The notes beneath the pieces were generated by a model. It was not told the DNA's origin and made no database searches. It worked only from the letters and a program-made list of their open reading frames with translations. A stretch of 64,000 nt of DNA from a bacterium. Its GTDB lineage: Bacteria; UBA8248. The DNA lies in contig OZ244799.1 in the NCBI GenBank assembly GCA_965219955.1, positions 32,001 through 96,000 on the forward strand. Direction: 5' to 3'. A program made the translations under genes and the position numbers. Positions 10,296 through 18,837 of the stretch are shown in pieces (the first letter of the stretch is position 1; each line of letters starts with the position of its first letter).

Positions 10296-10456
10296 CCTCT
10301 CGATACGGCCCGGCTCTCCCTTCGGTCGGACAGGGCCTACTCGGGATGAGGGGGAAGGTGTGGCGGGTTCGCCGATTCGGAATAAGGAGAGTGTGTTCGC
10401 CTTGCCCGGTATCCTTCCTCACCCTGAGTAGCCGCCGGAGGCGGCGTATCGAAGGG
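10296..10456. repeat. Inverted pair of REP-like palindromes (CTTCGATAC...CTACTCAGG family)
   Basis: CTCGATACGGCC..CCTACTCGGGATGAG and CTCACCCTGAGTAG..GTATCGAAGGG; same family at 11160-11238 and 31828-31890. Confidence 0.7.
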
Positions 10457-10475
10457 GGCAATCATTCCCCCTTAA

Positions 10476-10712
10476 GGGCTGTTGAAAAAGCCTCCCTCAG
10501 GGGATAAAGGCAACCCCCCCTACCCCCCCCTTGTCAGGGGGGTATGAAAAGGCGACGCCTGCCGCTGGTAGAGGGGCTTTTGTTTTTTTTGCCCCCCTGA
10601 CAAGGGGGGGTAGGGGGGGTTGCCCGAAGCGGCGAGAAGCAAGAGAAACACTACCCCCTCCTTGGTCAGCTACGTACGCCGAATCGTGAAATCAGGACTT
10701 TTTCAATGACCC
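10476..10712. mobile_element. MITE with IS1182-like terminal inverted repeats carrying C/G-run hairpins
   Basis: GGGCTGTTGAAAAAGCCT ... AGGACTTTTTCAATGACCC; interior CCCCCCCTTGTCAGGGGGG / CCCCCTGACAAGGGGGG inverted pair. Confidence 0.7.
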
Positions 10713-10755
10713 CTCAAGGGAGAAGTGGTTGGTTGACGTTCTGCAAAGGGGGGAG

Positions 10756-11014
10756 GTAGGGACAGGTCGCGACCTGTCCTTCGAGGCGGTACGGTTTTGT
10801 TCGTCATTCCGGCGAAAGCCGGAATCTATTTTCGCCTTTGCCTTTTCGCTTCCTCGCTCGGAGGTCTTTATTCCCGGGCGGGGAGGATCAGAATCGAACA
10901 CAAAAACGAAAGGCGAATTCTCTGAATTCCGCATCCGGACGCCGCGCAACAACAAGGTCGTGGCCCCCTGCCCGGTGAAGAGTCAAAATGGATTCCGGCT
11001 TTTGCCGGAATGAC
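10756..11014. repeat. Composite REP element (GTAG-REP plus inverted GTCATTCCGGC-N4-GCCGGAATC pair)
   Basis: GTAGGGACAGGTCGCGACCTGTCC at 10756; hairpins at 10803-10826 and 10991-11014; homologous composite at about 27075-27310. Confidence 0.75.
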
Positions 11015-11078
11015 GGCAGTGGTGAAATCCAAGCGAGAAGGACTTTTTCAACAACCCCGCATGCGGCCCCTGCGTTCC

Positions 11079-11238
11079 GTAGGGGGCGTTCGTGAACGCC
11101 CCTGCTTGCCCGCCGCGCGTGGATGGGCGATAGTCGGCGTCTTGTGGAGGAACTGCTCCCTCATCCCGAGCAGGCCCGCAAGGGCCGTATCGAGGGAGCA
11201 CCCTTCGATACGCCGCCTTCGGCGCCTACTCAGGGTGA
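11079..11238. repeat. REP-like cluster
   Basis: GTAGGGGGCGTTCGTGAACGCCC plus two CTTCGATAC-family palindromes. Confidence 0.65.
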
Positions 11239-11316
11239 GGTCGATGCGGCGTCTGCGTCATCGGCCTGCTGCACATCGTTTCACGCGGTTATGCGTACGA
11301 GGGACAGGAGAACGTC

Positions 11317-11610
11317 ATGTCGAACGGGGACGCCGAGGCGCTCTTGAGCGATGAGGAACTCTACGATCGCGCCGATGCGGAGGGAGGCGAGTCCTTTCCC
11401 GCCGAGGTCGTAGACCGCCTTCTGGCCGGTCAGAATCCCATCCGCGTCTACCGGGATCATCGCGGCATGACGCAGGGCGCTCTGGCCGCCGCAGCCGGTA
11501 TCCACCCGGTCTACCTCTCCCAAATCGAGAGGGGAAGGCGAACCGGCTCGGCGAGAACGCTCGCCGCCATCGCCGAAGCCCTGGGCGTCACCGTGGACGA
11601 CCTGATCTAG
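11317..11610 (+). CDS. XRE-family HTH protein (HigA-like antitoxin type)
   Basis: RGMTQGALAAAAGIHPVYLSQIERG HTH_3 motif; AGGAG RBS. Confidence 0.85.
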   Translation: MSNGDAEALLSDEELYDRADAEGGESFPAEVVDRLLAGQNPIRVYRDHRGMTQGALAAAAGIHPVYLSQIERGRRTGSARTLAAIAEALGVTVDDLI

Positions 11611-11626
11611 GCGGGTGATGTATCCC

Positions 11627-11654
11627 GTAGGGGTTGTTCGCGAACAACCCCTAC
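11627..11654. repeat. GTAG-type REP palindrome
   Basis: GTAGGGGTTGTTCGCGAACAACCCCTAC perfect palindrome between convergent genes. Confidence 0.75.
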
Positions 11655-11668
11655 AATTCCATCTGCTC

Positions 11669-12361
11669 CTACGACGGGCTATCGCCAGTCCATGGTTTGC
11701 CACCAATCCGAGGGAAAGCGATCTTTCCCCAATCGTAATCAAGGTTTGCATCCATGATCTTTAGAATCACCGGAACGATTTTTGCCATTATGCAGCCGCC
11801 ATCCTTAATTTGAATCCATCCCCATCCATTTTTGCCACAAGTTACGCCTCCGTGGAAAACTTGGTTGCGCAATTGGTATAGACGCTCGAAAACTATGTTG
11901 AATACCTTGTCTACTTCATTATTGTTCGTTAATTTGTTATCCAAGGCGTTTAATGCCGAGTTGTTTTCTCGATCAAATTGCTCACTCCAGTTGTCATCTT
12001 GTTTGTCTCGCACGTATTTCCAGAACGGTTTATATACATGACGGTTTGTCAAAAAATTCCGGATTGGTTTTCGCTCTAAATCCTTATCATCCAAATCTAG
12101 GAAACTTTCTCCTATATCGTTCTGCTTATCGTATTTTCTGATCTTTCTTAAAAAACTTTTGAACTTCGCTGTTTCAACCTCATTCGCATCAGTTCCTTCA
12201 ACGCCGTAGGCTGCGTTGAACGCAATCCACAGACAAATGAATTTCTCTTCGTCGTACTTGGTAGCTTCACTCTTCCTTAGCCAACTAAGTGCCCTATCGA
12301 TTCGGTGTTTATTGTCCTTGTTGTGTTCGCTTTGAGGTATCTCGTCGCTGGTTCGGGTCAT
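11669..12361 (-). CDS. HEPN-domain protein (putative RNase)
   Basis: RALSWL..FICLWIAFNAAYG N-terminal motif and RLYQLRNQVFHGG with an RxxxxH catalytic motif; low GC; start placed at ATG 12361 rather than 13174. Confidence 0.78.
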   Translation of the reverse strand: MTRTSDEIPQSEHNKDNKHRIDRALSWLRKSEATKYDEEKFICLWIAFNAAYGVEGTDANEVETAKFKSFLRKIRKYDKQNDIGESFLDLDDKDLERKPIRNFLTNRHVYKPFWKYVRDKQDDNWSEQFDRENNSALNALDNKLTNNNEVDKVFNIVFERLYQLRNQVFHGGVTCGKNGWGWIQIKDGGCIMAKIVPVILKIMDANLDYDWGKIAFPRIGGKPWTGDSPS

Positions 12362-12398
12362 CGCATGAGTCCTTTGATTGTTTGATATCGTCGGATTA

Positions 12399-12486
12399 CA
12401 AAAAGCGACCTCCCCGACTACTCCGGCTTCCATCGCTGGAGGCTGGAGAGGACCCCTTGGGTCCTTGTCATCGGGGAGGAACCTTT
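12399..12486 (-). ncRNA. Structured ncRNA, copy 1 (DUF3800-associated three-way-junction RNA)
   Basis: 87/88 identical to 13331-13418; P1 CCTCCCCGA/TCGGGGAGG encloses two hairpins; minus-strand GCGA tetraloop and 3' U-tract; upstream TAGAAT-17-TATATT. Confidence 0.75.
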
Positions 12487-12501
12487 GGAACGTGGCTCGG
12501 C

Positions 12502-12530
12502 AATATACCCCAATAGACCTGCGAATTCTA
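12502..12530 (-). promoter_or_regulatory. Putative sigma70 promoter for ncRNA copy 1 (and HEPN gene)
   Basis: Minus strand TAGAAT-N17-TATATT, same geometry as the promoter of copy 2. Confidence 0.5.
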
Positions 12531-12646
12531 TAAACACGCTGGCCTCGACCTTGCCTGACGCGCATGGATGGGCGATATTTGATGCCCGCGACATTTACAT
12601 GTAAACGCCGCCTTGACCTATCCTTAATTTCTGTAAATAGGACGAT

Positions 12647-13318
12647 ATGAGCCGTTGCGCCTACATTTTTCTTGACGAGGCGGGCAATCTCGATTTCAGC
12701 CACAAAGGAACGCGCTACTTCGTGCTGACGAGCGTCAGCATGCGTCGACCGTTTCCGGTCTATGGGGTGCTTAATGACTACAAACTTGATTGTCTCGAAT
12801 ACGGATTGGACATGGAGTATTTCCACTGCGCCGATGACAACAGGCATGTGCGCAATGGTGTGTTCAACCTGATCACCGAGCATCTTGGAGGCATGCGTAA
12901 CATGCGCATCGATTCTCTGGTGGTCGAGAAGCGCAAGACTGGTCCGGCGCTGCAGGAGGACAGGCGTTTTTATCCGAAGATGATCGGCTACCTGTTGAAA
13001 TTCGTGTTGCCCAGAGAGTTGAATACAAATGCTGAAGAGGTCATCGTAATTACCGATAAAATTCCAGTTAACAGAAAGCGGCAAGCCGTCGAGAAAGGAA
13101 CTCGCCTTGCGTTGACCGAGATGTTGCCACAGGGAATGAAATACCGGATTCTGCATCACGAATCGCGTTCGCATTATGGACTACAGGTGGCGGACTACTG
13201 TTGCTGGGCGGTATTCCAGAAATGGAATAGAAATAAAATGCACTTTTATGATCGTATCAAGAGAGCAGTGCGCAGCGAGTTCGATATTTTTCGCGTAGGA
13301 AAGAGGTATTACTATTGA
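12647..13318 (+). CDS. DUF3800 family protein (RNase H-like fold)
   Basis: N-terminal YIFLDEAG and C-terminal LQVADYCCWA (QxAD) motifs; AGGA RBS. Confidence 0.85.
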   Translation: MSRCAYIFLDEAGNLDFSHKGTRYFVLTSVSMRRPFPVYGVLNDYKLDCLEYGLDMEYFHCADDNRHVRNGVFNLITEHLGGMRNMRIDSLVVEKRKTGPALQEDRRFYPKMIGYLLKFVLPRELNTNAEEVIVITDKIPVNRKRQAVEKGTRLALTEMLPQGMKYRILHHESRSHYGLQVADYCCWAVFQKWNRNKMHFYDRIKRAVRSEFDIFRVGKRYYY

Positions 13319-13330
13319 TGATCGAGATGC

Positions 13331-13418
13331 CAAAAAGCGACCTCCCCGACTACTCCGGCTTCCATTGCTGGAGGCTGGAGAGGACCCCTTGGGTCCTTGT
13401 CATCGGGGAGGAACCTTT
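13331..13418 (-). ncRNA. Structured ncRNA, copy 2 (DUF3800-associated)
   Basis: Direct repeat of 12399-12486; the single difference turns the GCGA loop into GCAA (both GNRA on the minus strand). Confidence 0.75.
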
Positions 13419-13436
13419 TCATCAACTTCGGTATCA

Positions 13437-13465
13437 AATATAACCGCTTCAGTTTCAAAATTCAA
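13437..13465 (-). promoter_or_regulatory. Putative sigma70 promoter for ncRNA copy 2
   Basis: Minus strand TTGAAT-N17-TATATT, 18 nt upstream of the repeat. Confidence 0.6.
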
Positions 13466-13638
13466 GCATTATTTTTCACTATACGACAATCCCGCAAGGC
13501 AGTGTTTAGAAGCGCCCCCAGATTCGCGCATGCACATGCTTGAATGACGCGCGCGGATGCGCGATATTCCACGCTTTGAATAAGAGGCAGACCCGCCGAT
13601 GCGGCGGGTAATTCATTCAGGAAAGGGAGAAGAGACAC

Positions 13639-14355
13639 ATGACGTATTTCTATAAAACGGACGAGATGGCGAAGAACCTGGCGGGCGCGGCCTACAGCTC
13701 GGCGGCGGGCGCGTGGGTGACGGGCGAGCGGCTCATATTCGGCAAGATGCGCATGCCCGCCGGCACCCACTCGGAAGCGCACGCCCACGCGAACGAGCAG
13801 TTCGGCTACTGCCTGGCAGGCAGTTCCCGCCTGAACATAGAAGGCGATGTTCACGTATTAACGCCCGGCGACATCGCCTACCGGCCTGCGAACGCCGTGC
13901 ACGCGGCCGAGATACTGGGCGATACGGATTACGAGTTCATCGTGGCGAAAGACACGGCAACGACGATAGAGGGCACGCCCACCGAGATGAAGAAAACCGC
14001 CGATCACGTTCCCTACTTCTACGACACCGAGGCGATGGAAAAGGGCCTGGCGGGCGAGGCCTACAGCCCGACCGAGGGCGTCTGGGTGACGGGCGAGCGA
14101 ATCATCTTCGGGAAGATGCGCATTCCCGCAGGAGCGAAGGCGGAACCGCATTCCCACCCCAACGAGCAGTTCGCCATCGTCCTGTCCGGCGCTTGCCGCG
14201 CGACCATCGGCGGCGAGACCGCTACGGTCACCGCGGGCGACATCATCCACATGCCGGCGGACGTCGTCCACTCGGTCGAAATCGTCGGCGATGAGGACTA
14301 CGTCTTCGTGACGGCCAAGGACACCTCCTGGGGGATTCAGGGGATCAAGGCGTGA
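13639..14355 (+). CDS. Tandem cupin (bicupin) protein
   Basis: Two homologous halves, each with HxHxNEQ...H cupin metal-binding motifs. Confidence 0.85.
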   Translation: MTYFYKTDEMAKNLAGAAYSSAAGAWVTGERLIFGKMRMPAGTHSEAHAHANEQFGYCLAGSSRLNIEGDVHVLTPGDIAYRPANAVHAAEILGDTDYEFIVAKDTATTIEGTPTEMKKTADHVPYFYDTEAMEKGLAGEAYSPTEGVWVTGERIIFGKMRIPAGAKAEPHSHPNEQFAIVLSGACRATIGGETATVTAGDIIHMPADVVHSVEIVGDEDYVFVTAKDTSWGIQGIKA

Positions 14356-14390
14356 GTGCTTTGCTATTCAAGGGATAGGTTTATTGCGGG

Positions 14391-14855
14391 TTATGCGCGA
14401 AGCGCCTGCGTTAATGGGGAGCCGCATTTGATCAATCGCAAGGCTTCGGTTTGCTCGCGAAAACGAACCTTGCTTTTGAGCGCAGTCCGTTCCGCTTTCG
14501 GAATTCCCTTGTAGGCAAGAACGGGACGAAAATTGACCTTTGCGTTTTGAGGAACAATCTCTTCCGCCACGCGGGCGCCTGCTCGAAGCTGTTTTATGGC
14601 TTGACTGGCGTCCACGCTGCCGCTTTTCAGTTCCAGCGGCGCGACCCAGGCTGACTCGTCGTTATCTTCGGCGATGAACAGGAAATCGCAGCGCGTATCA
14701 CTCTGTCCGAGCGGAGAACCGGGTTTATCGAAGTCGATGATCAAGCGAGTGCTTGGAGCATCTTTGAGGGATATGCCGCACCCGGGCCTTCTGCATCTTT
14801 GTGTGAGGCAATCGGGGGAAACTCCAGCGCTAACTTCACTTACCAGTCCCGTCAC
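14391..14855 (-). CDS. Hypothetical protein, possible PD-(D/E)XK nuclease, coupled to AAA ATPase
   Basis: RCDFLF...PLELKSG resembles D...ExK; start overlaps the ATPase stop. Confidence 0.6.
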   Translation of the reverse strand: MTGLVSEVSAGVSPDCLTQRCRRPGCGISLKDAPSTRLIIDFDKPGSPLGQSDTRCDFLFIAEDNDESAWVAPLELKSGSVDASQAIKQLRAGARVAEEIVPQNAKVNFRPVLAYKGIPKAERTALKSKVRFREQTEALRLIKCGSPLTQALRA

Positions 14856-16390
14856 CCGTTCGCGCCACCTCGACTGGATATTTCGGCCCAGTTGTTGTGG
14901 AGCGCGACGGCGACCTCATCGAAGCCGGACGGGAAAAGGCCCGAATCATCATCGAGCGGGATTTCTTTGACGACCGACCCCTTGGGGCGGTTCTTGGGCT
15001 GGAACAGCCATGCCCCGACTTCCTCGGGCCGCAGTGCGACGTCCCCGCCTGCAATCCCTTTTCTCTCGGCCTTGGACAGACCGGATAGCCGCACGATGTT
15101 GGCGAGTTCTTCGAGCACCCACTCGCTGTGCGTCGTGATGATCACCCGAACGCCCGCGCGCACGAGCGCGGCAAGTTGCCGGGTGAACTCGACCTGCATC
15201 GCGGGATGCAGATGCGATTCCGGCTCCTCGATGATCAGCACGTTGCCAGGCTGCACCACGTGTCTGAGATACAGCACCACCGGCGCGAGTTCCGAGACCA
15301 TGGAAGAAGCGTTTAGTAAGGGCAGCTCGTCTTTCCATTCCTTCTGACGATAGGTGAAGTGTGGATAACCACTTTCCGATTTTTGGATGTTCACCGTTCC
15401 GCCGAGAATGGCCTTTTCGATCTTGCGGCCGAGGTCGCTCCGATCGTGGTTCAAATCCTGGGGATGCGTGTCGAGATTGATCAACTGTTCGAGAAAATCC
15501 GCCAGAACGCCTGAAAGCATGGGAGTAGGGTAGGGCTGGGGTAGACCCGCCCTAGCTGCTCGTTCGATCAAGGCGCTTACGGTCACGCGCTGAGCGTGCA
15601 TTATGCCCGTGCGGGAGGAAGGGAGATAAAATGCGGGCTGGTGCAGGGGAGAGGCGAAGCAAGTCAACGTGTTGACGGCCAAATCTTTTATTAAATGTAC
15701 GATTCTGGGTTCCAACGTCTCGTGATTTGGTCTGTCTGTCGAGAGCAACTCCTTTGCCCACGCCCTTACCCACTCAAGCTGGCTCCGAAATTCATTGCCT
15801 GTATTCTTGACATCGATCCGTATAGGCATCTTCTTGGGAATCGTCTTCGTGAGAACAGTTTCCCGGGCGTAAATCATCAGTTTGTGCGCAATAGGTTCTA
15901 AATCCTCCGAAACACACTTGCGCAAAACGACCTGTGCGCCTCCTTGACTCCCCTTACGGATCAATGCTTTCGGTTCGCCGGTGCCGAAGCATCTGAAAAT
16001 CCCGTCGGCGAGATTACCGTTCCTTATGTCGGATTTAGAGAAAAAGGAAAAAATCAAATCGGCGACAGGTTCGGGCACAAGAATGCTATCCTCGTCCGGC
16101 GACTCTACGAATGTATGTTTCAACGATTTGATCAGACGGTTCCAATGCTTTTTGGGCAGTTTTTCATCCAGAGCCAAGGGGTGAAAAAAGCTATCGGGAA
16201 AGTAATCAACTCGCGCGCCACCACTAAAAAACCGATGAAGCGCATAGATAAGGATCGCCAGATAAGATTTGCCCGTGTTGCTCGGTCCCACGAACACGGT
16301 GAAGGGGCGCAGGTCGATTTTGGCCTCGGCGATAGGCCCGAAATTCTTCACTTCGAGTTCGAGAGGATTCTGGGCGTTGAGGTCGGTCAT
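14852..16390 (-). CDS. AAA_15/AAA_21-type ABC-like ATPase (defence-associated type)
   Basis: VKNFGPI, GPSNTGKS Walker A, LIIEEPESHLHP Walker B, ITTHS H-loop; GAGGA RBS before ATG 16390. Confidence 0.85.
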   Translation of the reverse strand: MTDLNAQNPLELEVKNFGPIAEAKIDLRPFTVFVGPSNTGKSYLAILIYALHRFFSGGARVDYFPDSFFHPLALDEKLPKKHWNRLIKSLKHTFVESPDEDSILVPEPVADLIFSFFSKSDIRNGNLADGIFRCFGTGEPKALIRKGSQGGAQVVLRKCVSEDLEPIAHKLMIYARETVLTKTIPKKMPIRIDVKNTGNEFRSQLEWVRAWAKELLSTDRPNHETLEPRIVHLIKDLAVNTLTCFASPLHQPAFYLPSSRTGIMHAQRVTVSALIERAARAGLPQPYPTPMLSGVLADFLEQLINLDTHPQDLNHDRSDLGRKIEKAILGGTVNIQKSESGYPHFTYRQKEWKDELPLLNASSMVSELAPVVLYLRHVVQPGNVLIIEEPESHLHPAMQVEFTRQLAALVRAGVRVIITTHSEWVLEELANIVRLSGLSKAERKGIAGGDVALRPEEVGAWLFQPKNRPKGSVVKEIPLDDDSGLFPSGFDEVAVALHNNWAEISSRGGANG

Positions 16391-16502
16391 ATCCTCAATT
16401 CTCCAACCCGGCAAATGAATACTGCTTTTAACGCGGCGTCCACAGCCTACGATACCCGTATCCTGGATTCAACACGAGACATTATTCGTGTATGGCCGCA
16501 AT

Positions 16503-16787
16503 CTACGCCACAACCCGCTCGACCTCGATCTCATCCACTCGCTTCATCGCCTGGGCGAAATCGTAGTCCGTCTGGAGGCGGTACCATACATCCGCCCCTC
16601 CGCCGAAGGCCTTGTCCAGGCGAATCGCCATCTCGGGCGAGATGCCCGAACGGCAGTTGACGAGGCTCGAGAGCTGCTTGCGGCTCACGCCGAGTCTCCG
16701 CGCGGCTTCCGTTACGCTTAAAGATAGCGGCTCCAGGCAGTCATGACGAACGGAAAGGCCCGGATGGGGAGGGCTCTTCATGGGCAT
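16503..16787 (-). CDS. higA: HigA family antitoxin
   Basis: PPHPG...[29 protein letters not shown] pattern. Confidence 0.9.
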   Translation of the reverse strand: MPMKSPPHPGLSVRHDCLEPLSLSVTEAARRLGVSRKQLSSLVNCRSGISPEMAIRLDKAFGGGADVWYRLQTDYDFAQAMKRVDEIEVERVVA

Positions 16788-16800
16788 ATTCGGTCCTCCT

Positions 16801-17079
16801 TTAGTGATAATCGATTAAATCCACATCAGTGACGTGTTCGCCCTCGTAGCGAAACACGATTCTCCAATTTCGGGAGACATTCACCGCCCAGAATCCGGAA
16901 AGTTCTCCTCTCAACGGGTGCAACCGGTAGCCCGGCAAGCTCATGTGCGTGGGTATCGTAGCTCGGTCAAGACGAGCGAGAATCCGCTCGATCTTGTTGA
17001 TATGTTCTGACGGTACCCGTCGCCGATTTCCCCTCTCGTATAGAAGCTGAAGCCCTTTGTGTCGAAAGTGGATAATCAT
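16801..17079 (-). CDS. higB: HigB/plasmid-killer (RelE-like) toxin
   Basis: [28 protein letters not shown] motifs; lies upstream of higA. Confidence 0.9.
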   Translation of the reverse strand: MIIHFRHKGLQLLYERGNRRRVPSEHINKIERILARLDRATIPTHMSLPGYRLHPLRGELSGFWAVNVSRNWRIVFRYEGEHVTDVDLIDYH

Positions 17080-17085
17080 GCACGG

Positions 17086-17114
17086 AATGTAACCTATAAC
17101 CACTCAGGTGTCAA
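17086..17114 (-). promoter_or_regulatory. sigma70 promoter for higBA, probably giving a leaderless mRNA
   Basis: TTGACA-N17-TACATT, with the ATG 6 nt after the -10 element. Confidence 0.7.
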
Positions 17115-17182
17115 TTTCATTTTGATTTAATGAGGATTTTCTTTTCGCCAACGCAATGGACTGGAATTTTGGGGCGTTTTCT

Positions 17183-17845
17183 CTACGGCCCCAGTCTCTT
17201 GACACGCCAACCGCCGTCTTCTTCCCGCGTGTAGCGCACGCGGTCGTGGAGGCGGCTGTCGCGGTGCTGCCAGAACTCGACCGAGTGGGGTTTCAGGACG
17301 TAGCCGCCCCAATGCGGGGGGCGCGGAACCTCTTGCCCCAAGTATTCTTTTTCCAGGGCGAGCTCTTGCTCTTCGAGCCAGGCGCGGGAGGGGACGATGC
17401 GGCTTTGGGGCGAGGCCCACGCGCCGATTTGGCTCGCGCGCGGGCGGGTGGCGAAATAGGCGTCGGAAATCCCGGCGGGCAGCTTTTCCACGACGCCCTC
17501 CGCGCGCACCTGCCGGGCGGGGGGCTTCCAGTGGAAGACGAGGGCGGCCCTCGCGTCGCGCGCAAGCTGCTCGGCCTTGTCGCTCTCATAGTTCGTGAAG
17601 AAGGGAAAGTCCGCCTCCGCGTAGCCTAAGTCTGCGAGGTCCTTGTACAGCACGATGCGGGCGGCGGGCGCGCCGTCCGGCCCCACCGTGGCGAGCGTCA
17701 TCGCGTCCTCGCGCGGGATCCTCGCGCTTTTAGCCTGCGCGTACCAGCGGCGGAATTGCTCGATGGGATCGGAATCGACGCTCGCGACGTCGAGGGCTTC
17801 CGCCGCCATCTGTTCGATAAGTTCGTTGTTCAACTCGTTCATCAT
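17183..17845 (-). CDS. pdxH: Pyridoxamine 5'-phosphate oxidase
   Basis: FFTNYESDK, RQVRAEG, RPRASQIGAWAS, EFWQHRDSRLHDR. Confidence 0.93.
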   Translation of the reverse strand: MMNELNNELIEQMAAEALDVASVDSDPIEQFRRWYAQAKSARIPREDAMTLATVGPDGAPAARIVLYKDLADLGYAEADFPFFTNYESDKAEQLARDARAALVFHWKPPARQVRAEGVVEKLPAGISDAYFATRPRASQIGAWASPQSRIVPSRAWLEEQELALEKEYLGQEVPRPPHWGGYVLKPHSVEFWQHRDSRLHDRVRYTREEDGGWRVKRLGP

Positions 17846-17872
17846 TCATTGCTCAGTCAGGCGGCGGATTCG

Positions 17873-18053
17873 GGGGTGTTGAAAAAAGCCCTGATTCAGC
17901 GGTTCGGTTCGAAGGATGTGAATGTGTGTAGGGGTCGCATATATGCGACCCGCCCAATATCCGACCAAAAGGGCCGCATGTATGCGGCCCCTACAAAAAT
18001 CGTCCTCTCGCCGGTCGCGTCAAATTCTCCTTTTGGGACTTTATCAACAGCCC
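17873..18053. mobile_element. MITE with IS1182-like ends containing an inverted GTAG-REP pair
   Basis: GGGGTGTTGAAAAAAGCCC ... GGGACTTTATCAACAGCCC; interior GTAGGGGTCGCATATATGCGACC / GGGCCGCATGTATGCGGCCCCTAC. Confidence 0.7.
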
Positions 18054-18547
18054 TACTTCTTCCCCGCTACGCCGACCTGCACGATGCGGGCCTTGTCCAC
18101 GCCCGCGACGCCCACGTACTTGAAGGACTTGCCGTCGAACTCGCGCGGCTGAAAGCCCTGGACGACGACCTTCTTGGCTCCGCTCAGGAGTGCGGCGAAG
18201 GGTGCCGCCTGCGACTTGGCGTTCACGTCGGTGGGGAACTTGAAGCTCGTCCCCGGAACGTTGGTGAACTCGATGTTGCCCTTTTCGTCGCTGACCCAGA
18301 ATTCCGATATCGCCGATTCTTTCGCCACCTTCGTGAGGACGGCGCTGATCTCGGCTTTGCTCATGCCCGCCTTGAGGGCCGCGGCGATGAAGTGCGCCGT
18401 CAGGGTCGCTTCCGCCACCATGTGCTTCGAGACGGCGTCGTCCATCGCGCGGGCTTTCTCGACCCCGACGCCCAGGGTGAGACAAAGGCTCAAGATCGCA
18501 GCGGCCAGAATGGTTTTTCTCATCTTCATCTCCTCGTGGTTACGCAA
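18053..18547 (-). CDS. Secreted protein with a stand-alone Cache/PDC-like domain (start uncertain)
   Basis: Signal peptide; EFWVSDEKG..FKYVGVAGVD..IVQVG pattern. Confidence 0.6.
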   Translation of the reverse strand: MRNHEEMKMRKTILAAAILSLCLTLGVGVEKARAMDDAVSKHMVAEATLTAHFIAAALKAGMSKAEISAVLTKVAKESAISEFWVSDEKGNIEFTNVPGTSFKFPTDVNAKSQAAPFAALLSGAKKVVVQGFQPREFDGKSFKYVGVAGVDKARIVQVGVAGKK

Positions 18548-18837
18548 AGCGGGGGATGTTTTTCCTTCAAATTCCGCGAGATGATACTAGGGCGCGAAAC
18601 CACCGCGCAAGGGGGTGGTTCGCGGGGTGGTTGAAAAAGTCCACAGAAGGAGCATGCAAAATTTCACTCCCCCCTTGAGGGGGTCGGGCTTCCCGAGGGG
18701 AAAGCCCGACAGAAGCCGAGCGTTTTTTGCGAAGGCTGATGCGGTGGGGGGTAAAACGCGTTTTATCGCCATTCCGAATTAACCCCCCACCGAATCGCTT
18801 TCGGGCTTACGCCCTCAGCTCTGCGACTCCCCCTCAA

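Noticed and set aside
12362-13174. 271-codon N-terminal extension of the HEPN ORF (501-aa ORF in the track)
   Set aside because: It runs antisense through the DUF3800 gene and the ncRNA and shows no recognisable protein features; HEPN-like sequence starts near ATG 12361
12399-13418. CRISPR array or prophage att sites as an explanation for the 88-nt direct repeats
   Set aside because: Only two long copies about 930 bp apart, no cas or integrase gene, no tRNA homology; internal structure and promoters fit an ncRNA better
13639-14355. Internal duplication in the cupin gene as a novel repeat system
   Set aside because: Ordinary tandem bicupin domain duplication
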